DNA from: Balanoglossus misakiensis
Taxonomy: Eukaryota; Animalia; Hemichordata
Assembly: GCA_040954595.2 (NCBI GenBank)
Contig: CM082583.2
Coordinates: 3,977,060-4,041,059, forward strand
Length of the DNA: 64,000 bases
Direction of reading: 5' to 3'
Shown here piece by piece: positions 48,901-61,200 of the stretch. Below the pieces are notes generated by a model, which was given only the letters and a program-made list of their open reading frames with translations, was not told the DNA's origin and ran no database searches. The position numbers were made by a program, and so were the translations under genes. Numbering within the stretch: the first letter of the stretch is position 1; each line of letters opens with the position of its first letter.

Positions 48901-50640
48901 AAGGGCAGCGAGACAGAGACTTAATTTGTCCCTTTAATCAAGGTATAAACAAAGTATTAGAATGTGACATATAACTTTGAGTTCACACAAGCCAGAATAA
49001 TGTTTTTTCTTGCAAGGCGGGTGTGTTTATGTACATGTACACCAATGTGAAATATAATCCTAGAAGGTAGCATAATATAAATTTTCAAGGGTATCAAAGT
49101 TCTGTGGACAAATATATACTTGTCGCAGAACTTCAATTGTCAACATAGCCTGTATATGTTTAACAACCACTGTTATTGTTGACAAATGAATTCTAGTCCA
49201 CATATGAATTCAAATTTTACATTAATTTTCCCCAAAAATATTATTGAAAATTTCATATTAAAAATAAATCTGTCTTAGCAAACATGAAAGAAATTGCACA
49301 ATCAGATTCTCAGTACAAAAGTTTGGACAAAAAAAAGCAGATAATGCCCCCAAAAGGACATTACCGGTATTGCAGATTCCAATTGTAATTACCAAATTTC
49401 AAAGCTGTATGAGGAGCAGTTTTTGATAATTCAATTGTTGACAGATGGACTGACAGATGAATGGATAAATGGTGGGGGAGGGGGAGGGGTAATTTGAGAA
49501 AAGGTCAGCTACATAGGTGGCTCTATTAATTGCCCTGTGTGTGAAATTCCAGCATCTATTACAGGGCTGGCTCTGAAAAGTGGCGGGGGGGGGGGGGGGG
49601 GGGTGGTGTCAGTCAGACATTTTTACAATTTGTGACATGTACACATTAAAGTCATAGTAACTCTAACTTCGGTATTTTTGTTCTAGGTATCAACTGTGCT
49701 TTCTCATTGTACTGTGTGAAACGTATGTAACAAATTGCTCAGTATTTGGTTTTGCTAGCCCTTCTGTACATAGTAATCAGTATTGTGATTGTTACGATTT
49801 GAAAACTGAATTTAAGTCTGGACTTCAATTCAGCAAAAGTAACAATTAGTGTTTACTCATATACATGCCTTGTTGAGGAGCTAAGGTGTTCAAAAAATAC
49901 TTCCAGAGCGGCCATGGATTTGTTTGGATATCGAGGCATCGATTTTTTCACATCCCGTACAGCCCGTGTAATGCATCTGCACACTAAATATTGAGGTTAT
50001 ACATGCAGCAGTTTTTGACTTTTTGATGTGGACAGACATGCAGACATACATAGATACACCCAATCTGATTAAAATCAGATGTAGGGAACGGCGACATGTT
50101 TTTTTTATGCTGTCGCCTCACACTACAGATGTAGTGTGAGGCGACACCATAAAAAAAACGCCGCAGTTCCCTACATCTGTTTTTAATCAGATTGACATAC
50201 ACCATACATACAGATGCAACAGATTCCATAAGGTCCCATGTTATATATACATACCAAAATGGGACCTACAAATTGACAAGATTTCTTGCATGCATATTTA
50301 TAGAAAAACATTGCAAATTTTGATAGAAATTTTGCACTGCAAAATGTACACAAACGTGTTGAGATATTAAACAGAAAATTTAGACCCATACCTACTTCTG
50401 TCAATGTCATTGATTTTTCACATTGAAACATTGGGGGCATCAATTTTTGTCATAATTTAAGGGGGTCATAGAAAAAAGTCACCAAGAAAATGGAAAATTC
50501 TCCGGCCCCCTGAAAGTGATATTTGAACACTCCCTTAGCCATATGAGTACGGTGTGGCCCCTACCCCGCTTCCTTGGAATACTTACCACAAGTATCAAAC
50601 AGATCCACTCACTCCTGTTATCTTGTTCAAAAGATATCAT
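41955..50640 (-). CDS. TNF receptor superfamily member without a death domain, about 365 aa; exons 50640-50587, 48584-48470, 48186-47931, 47472-47390, 46686-46462, 45849-45789, 44946-44852, 42798-42730, 42513-42439, 42019-41955
   Basis: Signal-like segment WICLILVVFVFHT; cysteine-rich domains C.......EGRCCNNCSPGHHMVAPC......TVCAPC....FTAHPN....C.PH..C........G....D..C.C..GF; Ser/Thr stalk; TM VLIIAVSGIAFTGITAIVAIVY-KRNR. Phases are consistent (1,098 nt). The distal cytoplasmic exons are less certain. Confidence 0.82.
42859..44360. mobile_element. Non-autonomous repeat of about 1.5 kb with internal tandem units, in a TNFR intron
   Basis: Starts ...GGGCCCAAGC...GCTTGGGCCC plus (TTTC)n and ends GCTTGGGCCC...GCTGCTTGCAGCTTTAATT. 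It has internal ~155-bp tandem units (TGGCGGCCATATTGGATTTT three times) and repeated TGACCTTTGACC. Confidence 0.75.
45001..45355. mobile_element. Full K1 MITE
   Basis: TTAA-AGGGACAAAGTC ... GACTTTGTCCCT-TTAA. Confidence 0.9.
46074..46400. mobile_element. Hairpin-type repeat (family H2)
   Basis: Stem of about 65 bp, GCAATAAAACACCCCCAGCCATGGTATACCAC...GTGGTATACCATGGCTGGGGGTGTTTGATTGC, then an IR pair ATTATGCCAGTATATTG ... CAATATACTGGTATAAT. Confidence 0.75.
48610..48937. mobile_element. Full K1 MITE (internally deleted)
   Basis: TTAA-AGGGAC ... GTCCCT-TTAA. Confidence 0.88.
50061..50194. repeat. Inverted-repeat element; one arm recurs at about 63511-63535
   Basis: CAATCTGATTAAAATCAGATGTAG ... 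CTACATCTGTTTTTAATCAGATTG. Confidence 0.6.
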
Positions 50641-51589
50641 TTTAACTCCGACACGTTAACACATTCATATAATATCTGGGAAGTACGGGTACATGGTGAT
50701 GTCTGTTCCTCTCGTATATGTGGTGCACTGGTGGTGGGCGACATGAATTCGACCCATCAGGCATCACAAATTTAACGCATGCACATGCGCGACACACCCT
50801 GCCATGTCAGGCCAGTCGTAGTCTAGTAGTAGTAATCTATTTATAATTGTGACAAGCAAATCTTCTGAGTTGCCCAGCTAGCCCGGTCCAATGGACTTTA
50901 AGTCACCATTTAATACACAAAACATGCATTTACACACTGTTACATACACTGTGTAAAAGTCATAAGAGAGGCTCATTTACATGTCACACGGCCTCGGCCA
51001 ATCAGATTTATGGAATCTCGATCATCAGTGCACCTGCACCTTTTTCTTCAAGACATTGTGCAGAAGATTTTTTCCCAAAGCCAACAACTTTTTCACCAAA
51101 ATATCCTCCATCCATCCATCCATGACAAGGGCTAGCTATAGAACACCTCGGGGACAATTCATCCCTTTTCCGTTTCATCTCCTGGCAGACGGACTCGGAC
51201 GCCTGTCGAAGTACATGTACAGATATTATTCTCCCCCCCCCCCCCAAAAAAAAAAAAAAGTTAATCGAACAATGGCCCCGAAAAGAACCCGTACGTCGAT
51301 ATTCTTACTTCACTAATTCAAGGACAATAACATTTCTTACAAAACACATCAGAAACAAACAGACCTCAATTGGACTTTGAAGCGCACTTTTTATATTCAC
51401 AAATCACGTACCCAACAAAATATGCGGGCAACCGACGAAACAACCATCACAGCTAGACCTGCCACTGAGAAATGAAACACGAAAACCATAAAATTACATT
51501 GAATAGCCAGGCTTGGAGCCTCTTTCTCTTCCATGCATTCGTTAAATATACTTAAAGTGGAACGACACCCTCAATTTTGGGCTTCAAAG

Positions 51590-52980
51590 TACAATCCGGG
51601 TGTCAAAAACGGCAACGTTCCGATGGGTTAATTCACTTTCACTTCCTGCGCAAGCAGTAGACGCGCGTTGAAAATACTACAGTGACGTCAGCAACTTACA
51701 CGTTCGACGTGTCATTTCCAATAAACAGACACATTTTGCGCGGATCTGACATGGCGAAATGTCAAGTTCATGATTTTAAAAACATATTCGGAAAATCGAC
51801 GGGGATAAGTTTCTTTCAAAGGCAGTGCTCTTCGTGTACTAGTATTGTATTTGTCGATGCGTGCAGACATAGACCCTGCAATGTCCATGATGCCATGCAT
51901 GTCGACGTTTATGAACAAACCGTAAGGCCTATACAAAGTTGTTCTAACTGCCGCTGATAATAATAAACGTACCGTATTAAATCCTTCCTGCACGTTTTTT
52001 GGTACACGTATTTGGGTTTAATTTCCATTTATTGACGATCGCATAGTTATCAAATGAAAGCAACTAAAAAGGGCAGTTTTAATACATTTCAAGAGACGAA
52101 ACATGCATACAATAACTATAGCATTGGCTTCCATTATACTACGGACGTACTACACCTGGAGAGCAGGACGATGCACCTGCGTTCTTTTCAACTCCATAAA
52201 AGGTGACTAAGTATTTTTGTAAGAAAAGTGGTTCGAAAAGGTGACAACGAGGGAGAGACAACGAGGGAGGGTATTGTTTAATTGCAGCATTGTCTGTTTC
52301 ACCATAGACTCTAGGGTCTATGGTTTCACTGAAACCACACCAAGTGTAAGCCTTGACAAACGGGACACATCGGAGATCAGAACTGCATGAACTTTTGTCC
52401 TCTGTAAAATTCAGTCGCTTGGTCGTAGAAGGGAATCTCTGGTTCAAAATTGTAGCCTACTACCCGAGAATATGTTGCTATGCTAACGTCGTCGGTCGCG
52501 TGAGTGCAGGCGTGTATAAGCATAAGCTCGCTCCAACGCGCCGCGTCGGCAGCGGACAACAGTTGCTGACGTCACTCACTTCCGGGTTCGCGCAGTTTTT
52601 GGCTGGCTGTAGCTCTGTTATGCGTAAGTGAAAGTGAATGAAACCAACGTTTTTCATAGTACTTTTTAATCGCATTTCGCAGAATTGGCTCAAAAACGGA
52701 TCACAACGTTCCACTTTAACTTTTCATGTTTGGGTAGATTTTGTATTCCATCATCAATAAGTTTACGATCAGCAATTAATTTCTTCACCATTTCTACCGA
52801 CTTCACGGAGCTCGAGGTAGGCGCCTACCTTAATTTATTTCCCAATCTCGAAATTCGGTCCGCAAGGCAAACTTTTTGGTCGTCATTTTCCTTCCTGAAC
52901 AGGCAAACCACGTTCTTCCAAGTAATGATTGAAATAGTGTCCTTGGCTTACATCATGAAAACACAGAGTGGAATTTCCAT
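51590..52980. promoter_or_regulatory. CpG-rich putative regulatory region upstream of the TNFR gene with IRF/ETS, CRE and kB-like motifs
   Basis: GGAAGTGAAAGTGAA on the minus strand (51632-51646); TGACGTCA at 51683 and 52567; CACTTCCGG at 52577; AAGTGAAAGTGAA at 52626; GGGAATCTCT at 52431; TGGAATTTCC at 52969. Confidence 0.5.
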
Positions 52981-53177
52981 CAACTCAAAACCATTGTCGT
53001 AAAAAAGACGCAGCAAAAAAGACGTAAATAAAATTCCCAATAAAATACATATCGTAACAATCTTTTATGGAAAAAAATCACAGCTAGATTATCAAATTTA
53101 ATATTTCATCATCATTCGCGTTTATCATAATTCATTGCTGAAAATGTAAAGCTAATGCATTACGCTGGGGGTGGAAC

Positions 53178-53731
53178 TAAGGGAGCATTCGTTTTTTACA
53201 GGGAGGGGGGGGGGCGGTGGAAATCAGGGGGGGGGTTTACTTTTACAAAGCAGTTTTTAGGGGGGGGACAAATTTTATAATCAAGGGATTATTATATAGG
53301 GACTGAAAGGGGGGACTTGAAAACTTTGACGGCTAAATATTTAATTTGAGTCCACAAAAATGCAGTTTCGCGTCCTTTATTTTACAAAATTTTCTAATGT
53401 GGGAGGGGGACACCCCCTCCCAAACCCACCCCCTTCAATTCTCGGTTTACAATGTCTCCCAACACAGAATACAAATACTTAAAAAATATAAACAATGTTC
53501 AGTTTTAATACCCACTGATGAGGGGAAATATCGGTTTCAAATTCTTTTCATGGGAGCGCTGTGTCCATGATAAGTTTAATCCGGTGGATAAACTTTTTTT
53601 TTTTTTTTTTTGGGGGGGGGGGGTCACATTTTAGAAAAGTAATTTCCAGGGGGGGTTGCCTTTAACATTTAGTCGGCGACTCAAATTCCACCGCCCCCCC
53701 CCCTCCCTGTAAAAAAACGAATGCTCCCTAA
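53178..53731. mobile_element. PIF/Harbinger-type MITE (TAA TSD, TIR of about 30 bp)
   Basis: TAA-GGGAGCATTCGTTTTTTACAGGGAGGGGGGG ... CCCCCCCTCCCTGTAAAAAAACGAATGCTCCC-TAA. Confidence 0.85.
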
Positions 53732-54419
53732 AGTACATGTACTGTACCTGTACGAGATAAAGCTTTACATGGACTTTTCTCTTTCATTTAAATCAAGAAA
53801 GACAATATACTTCTAGAATTTACTTTCCTGAGGGAATGTGCTAGAAAATAAAAACAATGCATCTCTTTGAAACTGTCCTTGTAAGTTGTAAGAAATAACA
53901 AATAGGCATATGCAAAGATGCTATGTGAATTTTCGTCCACCAACCACCGTTGTCATCGTCATATAAAACATTGTAGGCAGGGCTACACGACACACGAGAG
54001 TGCTACTCTGGTGCTATAGCCTTCAGATTCTCTTACGGCGATGCCTCCACACCCCGTACGGGGAGGTATCGCCGTAAGACACATAGCCCTGCGTCAACCC
54101 GTGCAACGCCGCGAACACACAGAGTACAGACCTGTACGCAGGACCATGGGGGTACTCTTAGTACCTCCATGGCAGGACATACAGCCCAGCCACGCAGAGC
54201 TACTCTAGCACTGGAAAACGAGAGTTCGTGTTTTCCGCATTTTGTCGATGAGCATTAGCGACAAAACACACGAAGTTTTAGGTTCTACAGGCTGCTAGAT
54301 GAGCACCAGTTTGACTGGTCTTTAGGTTCTAACTTCTACACAAGGTTCTTCTACACGAAAGAAGACGCCCTCATGACCCTAGGCTTGGGTGACAAGGTCT
54401 CGAGACAAGGTCAAACAAG

Positions 54420-54544
54420 TCACCCTTCATGACGTCATCGAATGCGCCTGCGCAATACTTATTATCCATCGTTTACATCCATCGTCCTCAGAGTTTGTTA
54501 TGGCCGTTGATGTTGAAGACAAAAGCAAATTCTGAAGCACACAG
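54420..54544 (+). promoter_or_regulatory. Probable KHDC4 promoter and first non-coding exon
   Basis: CRE TGACGTCA at 54430-54437, NRF1-type TGCGCCTGCGCA at 54443-54454, donor CAG|GTTAGT at 54544. Confidence 0.55.
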
Positions 54545-55210
54545 GTTAGTGATGTATTTAGAAGTTGTGGAAACGTGAATCATAGCTATCATCGTCCAAT
54601 AGAATGTTGCTGCATCGATTGAAAATCCTTCGAATAACACCGCGTCTCGTCTGATAATCTGGCCTACGCAACTTTAGACCAGAGCCTGGAGGAGAATGGA
54701 GAATTTATGGGTCATGACCCTATTTCTAGTAATAATTTGCTTATACATGTATTTGTTTAGCTGCAATAATTGTAGCCTTGGTGGGTTGGTTTGGTGGCTG
54801 GGTCGCGCCGGTGGGCCATCAGAGCGAGCCAGCCACGCAACCAAGCCACTAAATTGCAGCTACTATTTGTTTAGCTCAACACACAGACCTGTATTCAGAG
54901 CTACTATTTGTTGACCTGTGTGTGGTTAGGTCATTGGACGTGGCTTCCTTGTCAAGTGAAGTAACATCTGAGGGCGTCAGAGTGTTGCTGTTCGTTGCTT
55001 GCTGGCAGAGGGGGTTGAGGAATTCCAGGGGGACATTTTTTTTACGGGGGGGGGGGGGGACTTATAATCATGTGGGAACAGGGGTGGTGGTTGGGTAGCA
55101 AATTTTTGCTTCATTATTAATGGTACATGTATTTGTTTCCTTGCAACACTAGGATCTCAATTTCAATGCAAGCAACATCGCTCTTCAACCATCCACTTTG
55201 ATACAAGAGC

Positions 55211-58200
55211 ATGTCATCAGAGTAAGTGCTCTTCTCTTTATTTGATCAGATACTAACTACTGTCACTCTTTTCAGTGCAGTGAGCTACATTGTATTTATA
55301 GCATGTACATTGTAGCTTCAAGATCAACCAAGGTTACTTACTATTGATGAAACTTTTGTGACCAAAATTTTCATGAAAAACTGTTGCCAGTCATGAGTCT
55401 TATATACTATTGTCTGACACCATGTTTGTGTCCCAACTAAAATGTTTGGACACAAAATTCGTGCCTAGTTAAGAAGATCTGAAAAAGAGCAAGTCTCAAT
55501 GTAAACTTATTGGATAAGAAAAGTATGATGTTTTGTCTATTAAATGTACACACATTCCATTTACATGAAAATTTATGGTAATTTCACAAATGGTCTATAA
55601 ATGTTTAATTATTCTTATTTAATGGCTGCATCTTTTTGGTTTCATTTTAGCCGGAAGAGCAAATGGGATCAGCCAAGCACTTGTAGTTATGTGGAATCTC
55701 TGTCTTCAGCAGCAGCAACCAGTAGTCTGGAAGCAGCATCTGCTGCAGCAGCTAAAATCAATGCTATGTTGATAGCAAAGGGAAAGCTGAAACTTCCAAC
55801 CATTGATACTAGTTCAACTAAACCCAAAGTAAGTTTTCTAGTGCCTATAAAGTAGATTTTAGTTTATGGAAATATATTAATAATAAAACCAAATGGGTCA
55901 TGGCATCGATTTCCCAACAATTGGTTATTTCGCTGGAATATATCAACCAGCCACGTCTGAGCTGATAATATTGAAAGTTGTCAGAAGTGTATTCTGAATG
56001 TACATATGTACATGTATGTCCATAATTTGAATACTATGAGGTTATTACGAAAATACCGCAAAGTATGCACGAGGACATTAGCGCCAAGTATCGCCCGACG
56101 CGTAGCGGAGGGCGATGCGCTGCGCTAATGTCCGAGTGCATACTTTGCGGTATTTTCGTAATAACCTTATTATTATACATCTTACATCTCCGATAGTTCT
56201 TGTTTTGCATGTTACTTGGCTTTCAAAACGCCCAAAATGCCGATACAATCGATCGAAAACCGCTCAGTGAGCAGCCATCTTTCTTTTTTGTTTACGTACG
56301 TGCGCGTGCGTTGGAGTGGGGTGTCTTGAAACCATCCGCATAACAACGCATACCTGTACACGGTGAGTTGGGGCGCCTTGAAACCTAAAACTTATTTAAC
56401 GCGCGTTCCGTACGTACCGTTCCGTACGGCTTTTTTATTGCACGCCAAAATCTATTGTTCTCGGCACTAGATGTATAATAAAGTATGTTATAAGTGTCGC
56501 CAAATGTACATGTTGCACTGATTCAGTTAGCTTGTAACATTGTCTATACAACCGTAATGTACATTTGCTCATAATACTTCCAGGCTAATACTTTGTTAGA
56601 AACATTTTCATAACTATTTTGTAGACATTACACCATGATTTTCTTTGTTTATTCTTCATGTATTAATCAAGTGGGAACTATGCCATTGACAATTACATGT
56701 AGTTGTTAATTTGAATACTTGTTAAATTATGTGAAAAACAAGGGAACATGCCATTACATGTATGCATACAAATGTATCATGGCCTATATGCGTATAGTTC
56801 CAGACTATCCTCATCTTGAAAAGTTTCGGACCGATCCCAGACTGTCAATCCCTGTTAATGATGGCAGATAGTATTTGACATGTCAGAACCATAATACCAA
56901 CATGTCGCCCTATTTGCCCAGATGTAACTTACATACATCAATTTTCATACAATGACTTTGTGTTTGTTATTTGAAGGCACAGCAGGCAGGTCTGAAGAAA
57001 GAGGAACCAATCATTGCTGAAATAGAAATCAATGATGTTCCCATCAGTTGCAGAAATTTGTTGACCAGAGGTGCCACACAAGATGAGGTATGTTGCTTTT
57101 TATTTATCACACAAAATGCATGTTATATATTTGTTGAAGAATGTTCTGGTGAGGCTACACCACAATAAAATGAGACTCGAGATGAGGCAACAAAGTTGCC
57201 AACAGATCTGATGACTTTCATACAATGTATGTTGCAATTCGGATTATGTCATTTGATTTTGAGTGCATTCATTGTTTTCTTTCTTCTTTGCTAGATAAGC
57301 AAAATGAGTGGCGCAGCAATATCAACCAGAGGAAGGTACATGTCATATGATGACAGGGCAAAAAATAACATGGGGTAAGGTTTTTGCTTTTTACTGTTAT
57401 ATGCTTCTGTAGCTTCACTTTCATGCCCATATAGTATGACGAACAGCCCTGCAGGATAATCACTGGAGGAGACTCAACATCATTCTTGACACTCTTTTTA
57501 GATGTATACTTCTTGTAATTTTATATCATTCTGTATCAGACACATGACATTTGCATCTCTGAGTTGTTAAGATCTGTCAAATTCCTTCAATGCAAATGTG
57601 TGATTGCCTATATGTTTTTGTTTTTGTCAGGGAACGACCTTTGTATCTGTGTGTTCAAGGAGCAACGCAGGACACAGTAGACAGTAAGTGACATACTTTT
57701 TGGCTGCTTCGAAGGAAAGCTTGTGAAGCTAGCTTATGTGATTCATATTGAGAAAGAGAAAGGGAGAGGAAGGGGGGGGGGGAAGCAAGTGAGAGAGAGA
57801 GAAAGAGAGTTTACTTTTGTAGCTAGCTTTTGTGATTTATATTGAGAGAGAGTGAAAGAGAGAAAGAGAGAGATTTATATTGAGAGAGAGAGAGAGAGAG
57901 GTGTATACATGGTGTATATACATGTAGAGTACAATGTACATGTATATCTTTTCTTAACAGCTGCTGTACGTCGAATCAGAGAGATAATATCGAACAGCAT
58001 AAAACCGAAAGGTCAGAAGAATAGCGGAAGTGGTGGTATGTCTGGAAGTACAGCACCTGGAGGAATTGCTTCATCTGTCAATAATGCGCCAAGACCGTCA
58101 TTATTACCGCCACCTCTCATGTCACTGCCATCTCAACCACCATCATCTCTAACTGGAGGTGTAAGTACCTGTTAATGCTTTAAAGGGACAAAGTCTCTCT

Positions 58201-61200
58201 CTTGCTGCCCTTTTTCCGTTATTTAAGTTTGATACAAGACACTGTTTATGTTATTCTAATCTACATGTGGATATATAGTGAATCAATGTTCGACCACACA
58301 TAACTTCCATCCCACTTGGAGACACAAGAGTGAAAAACTCGCCAAAATGGATAATCAGTGTTTACCATTTATTCATCTTTATCAAATGTCAATGTGACAA
58401 AGAAATGAATGTTACAAGAGAGCTATTTGAACTTCTTTCTATTTCATTTTTAGCAACATTTCATTCAAGAGAAAGTTTTTGTAGGGCTCGAGTATGCCCA
58501 TCCATCCTTCAGTGTCAGGGATAAAATTCTTGGACCTGGGGTAAGTATTCTTATTGTTAGTATATGCTGTCCCTTTCACAAATCAAGCTAGGTTTTTTAA
58601 ACAATAAGATTCTTCTACGTGCTTTACCAAAGCATATTTTGTAGGACACGATATAAGAGACAAACCTTTGCAAAATCTGAGTTCAATTTGTGCCCGAGTC
58701 CATCGTGGGTCATTGGGACATACATTATTACTATTGTATAGTTTTAACAATGCTGGTGAAGTTGTAGATGTCATAAACCCTGATCAGTTTAAAACCCAAG
58801 TTCTGATCCATATCTCATCGTATCTGCAGAAACACGCAGCTCATAATCATTCACTACCTTCAAAAATAGGATTTGGGGATATCGACATAATTGAAGATTT
58901 TTGTACAAAATCTGAGAATGCAGGTCTTAGGAGAATTGTGTCGTTTCTTCTCAAGCAGTTATCTTGTTTATATAAGTGAAAATTATTACAGCAGAGCTTT
59001 ATAGAAATTGCCATAATCCGAGAATTTACTGAACTGAAATCTTCACCAAATATTCTGTACAATAAAATAGCTACCTGTAGTTGTATGGAACGTAGAAGTA
59101 CATGTAAGTGATGTCAGTGTGTGTATTGTATGTGCATATGTATATGCTTACGCTATCTCTATACATGTATAATATTCTTTGCAAAGTTGATGGTTTATGA
59201 TTATTTTCCATGTAGGGATCATTTATTCAGCACATACGGACAGAAACTGGAGCCAATGTGATACTTCGTGGCAAAGGATCAGGCTACGTAGAACCGGTAT
59301 CAGGAAGAGAGGCATTTGAACCTATGTATATTTACATCACTCATCCTAAATTGGAAGGTCTAGCAGCTGCCAAGAAACTCTGTGAAAATTTGATACACAC
59401 GGTAAGAATGAATTATCAGGATAAAAAAATACATCCCTAGTTTTAGCTCCAGTGTTCACACATTGGTACAAATGTACTGATTCTGTGTGTGTGTGTGTTA
59501 CTGTCTGTCTTTACTATTAACATGATCTTAATGTTGTGGAAAAATAGAATCAGTCCAACCACAGCAAGGTTTCAAAGTGAGCATGGGAGCATACCAAGAT
59601 AGTGGACATGAGTAGTGACGGATGAGGCAACTCAACCAGTGCTTGTAATAATAAGATCTTTATTTCACAGCGTTTTGACAACACACAAGCCTTTAAGGCA
59701 TTTGTAGCATGCAAAAACTGAATAATAAATTCTCTTTTCAGATCCACGGAGAATATGCCAAGTTTCAGAGTCAAATTGTTGCTGCAGCTGCTCCTTCCGG
59801 AGGTCTGTTACCTCCTCCAGCCCAAGGTAAAAATTCAACTCTGCTTTTTTCCAGTGCTACATGTAGTCCCCATTTAGCGCTTTGCTAACAACCTTTGATG
59901 AAATTTCCATGCATTTTCATGAACATATTTAAGAAATTCACACACAGTGTGTGTGATCTCTCGTTTCTGATGGTACATGTAGTTCTATAAGTAAACAAGG
60001 AGTTGATGTAGACAAAATATTCCATTGTTTACCCACAAAACACTGACATGTAGATTTGGGGGAGTGATGTAATTGCTTGTATTTCTGTCCATGGGATTCG
60101 GATCTCAAAAGTGTCAAGCGATCATGTGTGATTTTTATCGCATGTGTCATCGATTTGATGAGATGGAACATAACCATAACTTTCACAATCAATCTTCGTA
60201 ATATTGTCTGAACCTGCTGTCGTGTCTTGGTTTTGGAATTGCAGGGATTCCGACCGTTGTAACTGTCAATGCTTCTGCAGCGGGTATTTCAGCTATATTG
60301 CCACCACCAGGAATAGCCACTCCTTCAGTTGTTGGACAACCAGTGGCCACAGCACCCATAGTTACTCCCGTATCTCCAACACAGCAAACCTTGACAGCTC
60401 ATCCACAGTCATTGGGAACAGTTAGTGTGGCGTCTTCGCTTCCCACTTTTACAGTCAACCAACCAGGTAAATACTAGTATTCATTATTCATGAATTGTCA
60501 AGTGTGCTGAAGTGTGTGTTCTAAAACTGCTGGTCTCAAAAAATAAGAGCTACTGGTCACACATGGGGTTTTGCCTCACATGCTACATGTATTGTAGTAG
60601 AACATTTCGGTTGCAGTTAGTGTTTTCGGACGCCAGTACCGGTACATACCTGAAGAATCACCAAGTTTTGGATAATTTGGCTTACATGAGGGCTGAAAAT
60701 AGCATTTTATTCACTGCTAGTGAGCCTGCAATTTTATCAGTGATGTAAACCAGTCATGGAAATGATGTATAGACCCAGACTGATCATCATAGGTCTTTTG
60801 CATTTACAATTGCTTGTCATATGTTCATTCTATTATTTAGTATTTCACACTGTTAGCGGTATTGGACCAGGTGCACCAACAATCACATTCACAAGTATGT
60901 CGCAGACAGCGCATAACATACTTCAGCAAGCTGTTGCACAACAACAGCATCAACAACAACAACAACAGCAGCAGCAGCAGCAACAACAACTTCAAACTCT
61001 TCAGTTACAACATCAGCAGCAACAACAAGCCCCTCAACAGGTGTTCTCTGTGCAGGTAACCTCAACTTTATAGTTTTCGTGTTCTTGTACGTCTTGATGT
61101 TTTGTGTGTTATAAGTTTCAGTTGTGTGAGTTTACAGTACATGTATGAGAAAGTGCAATACTGTGACACAGATCTCCCAGTTCTAATCTTACGCAGTGTG

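Noticed and set aside
51682-53002. Several 60-105-aa ORFs in the CpG-rich intergenic region
   Set aside because: No protein motifs; more simply explained as promoter-type sequence with raised GC.
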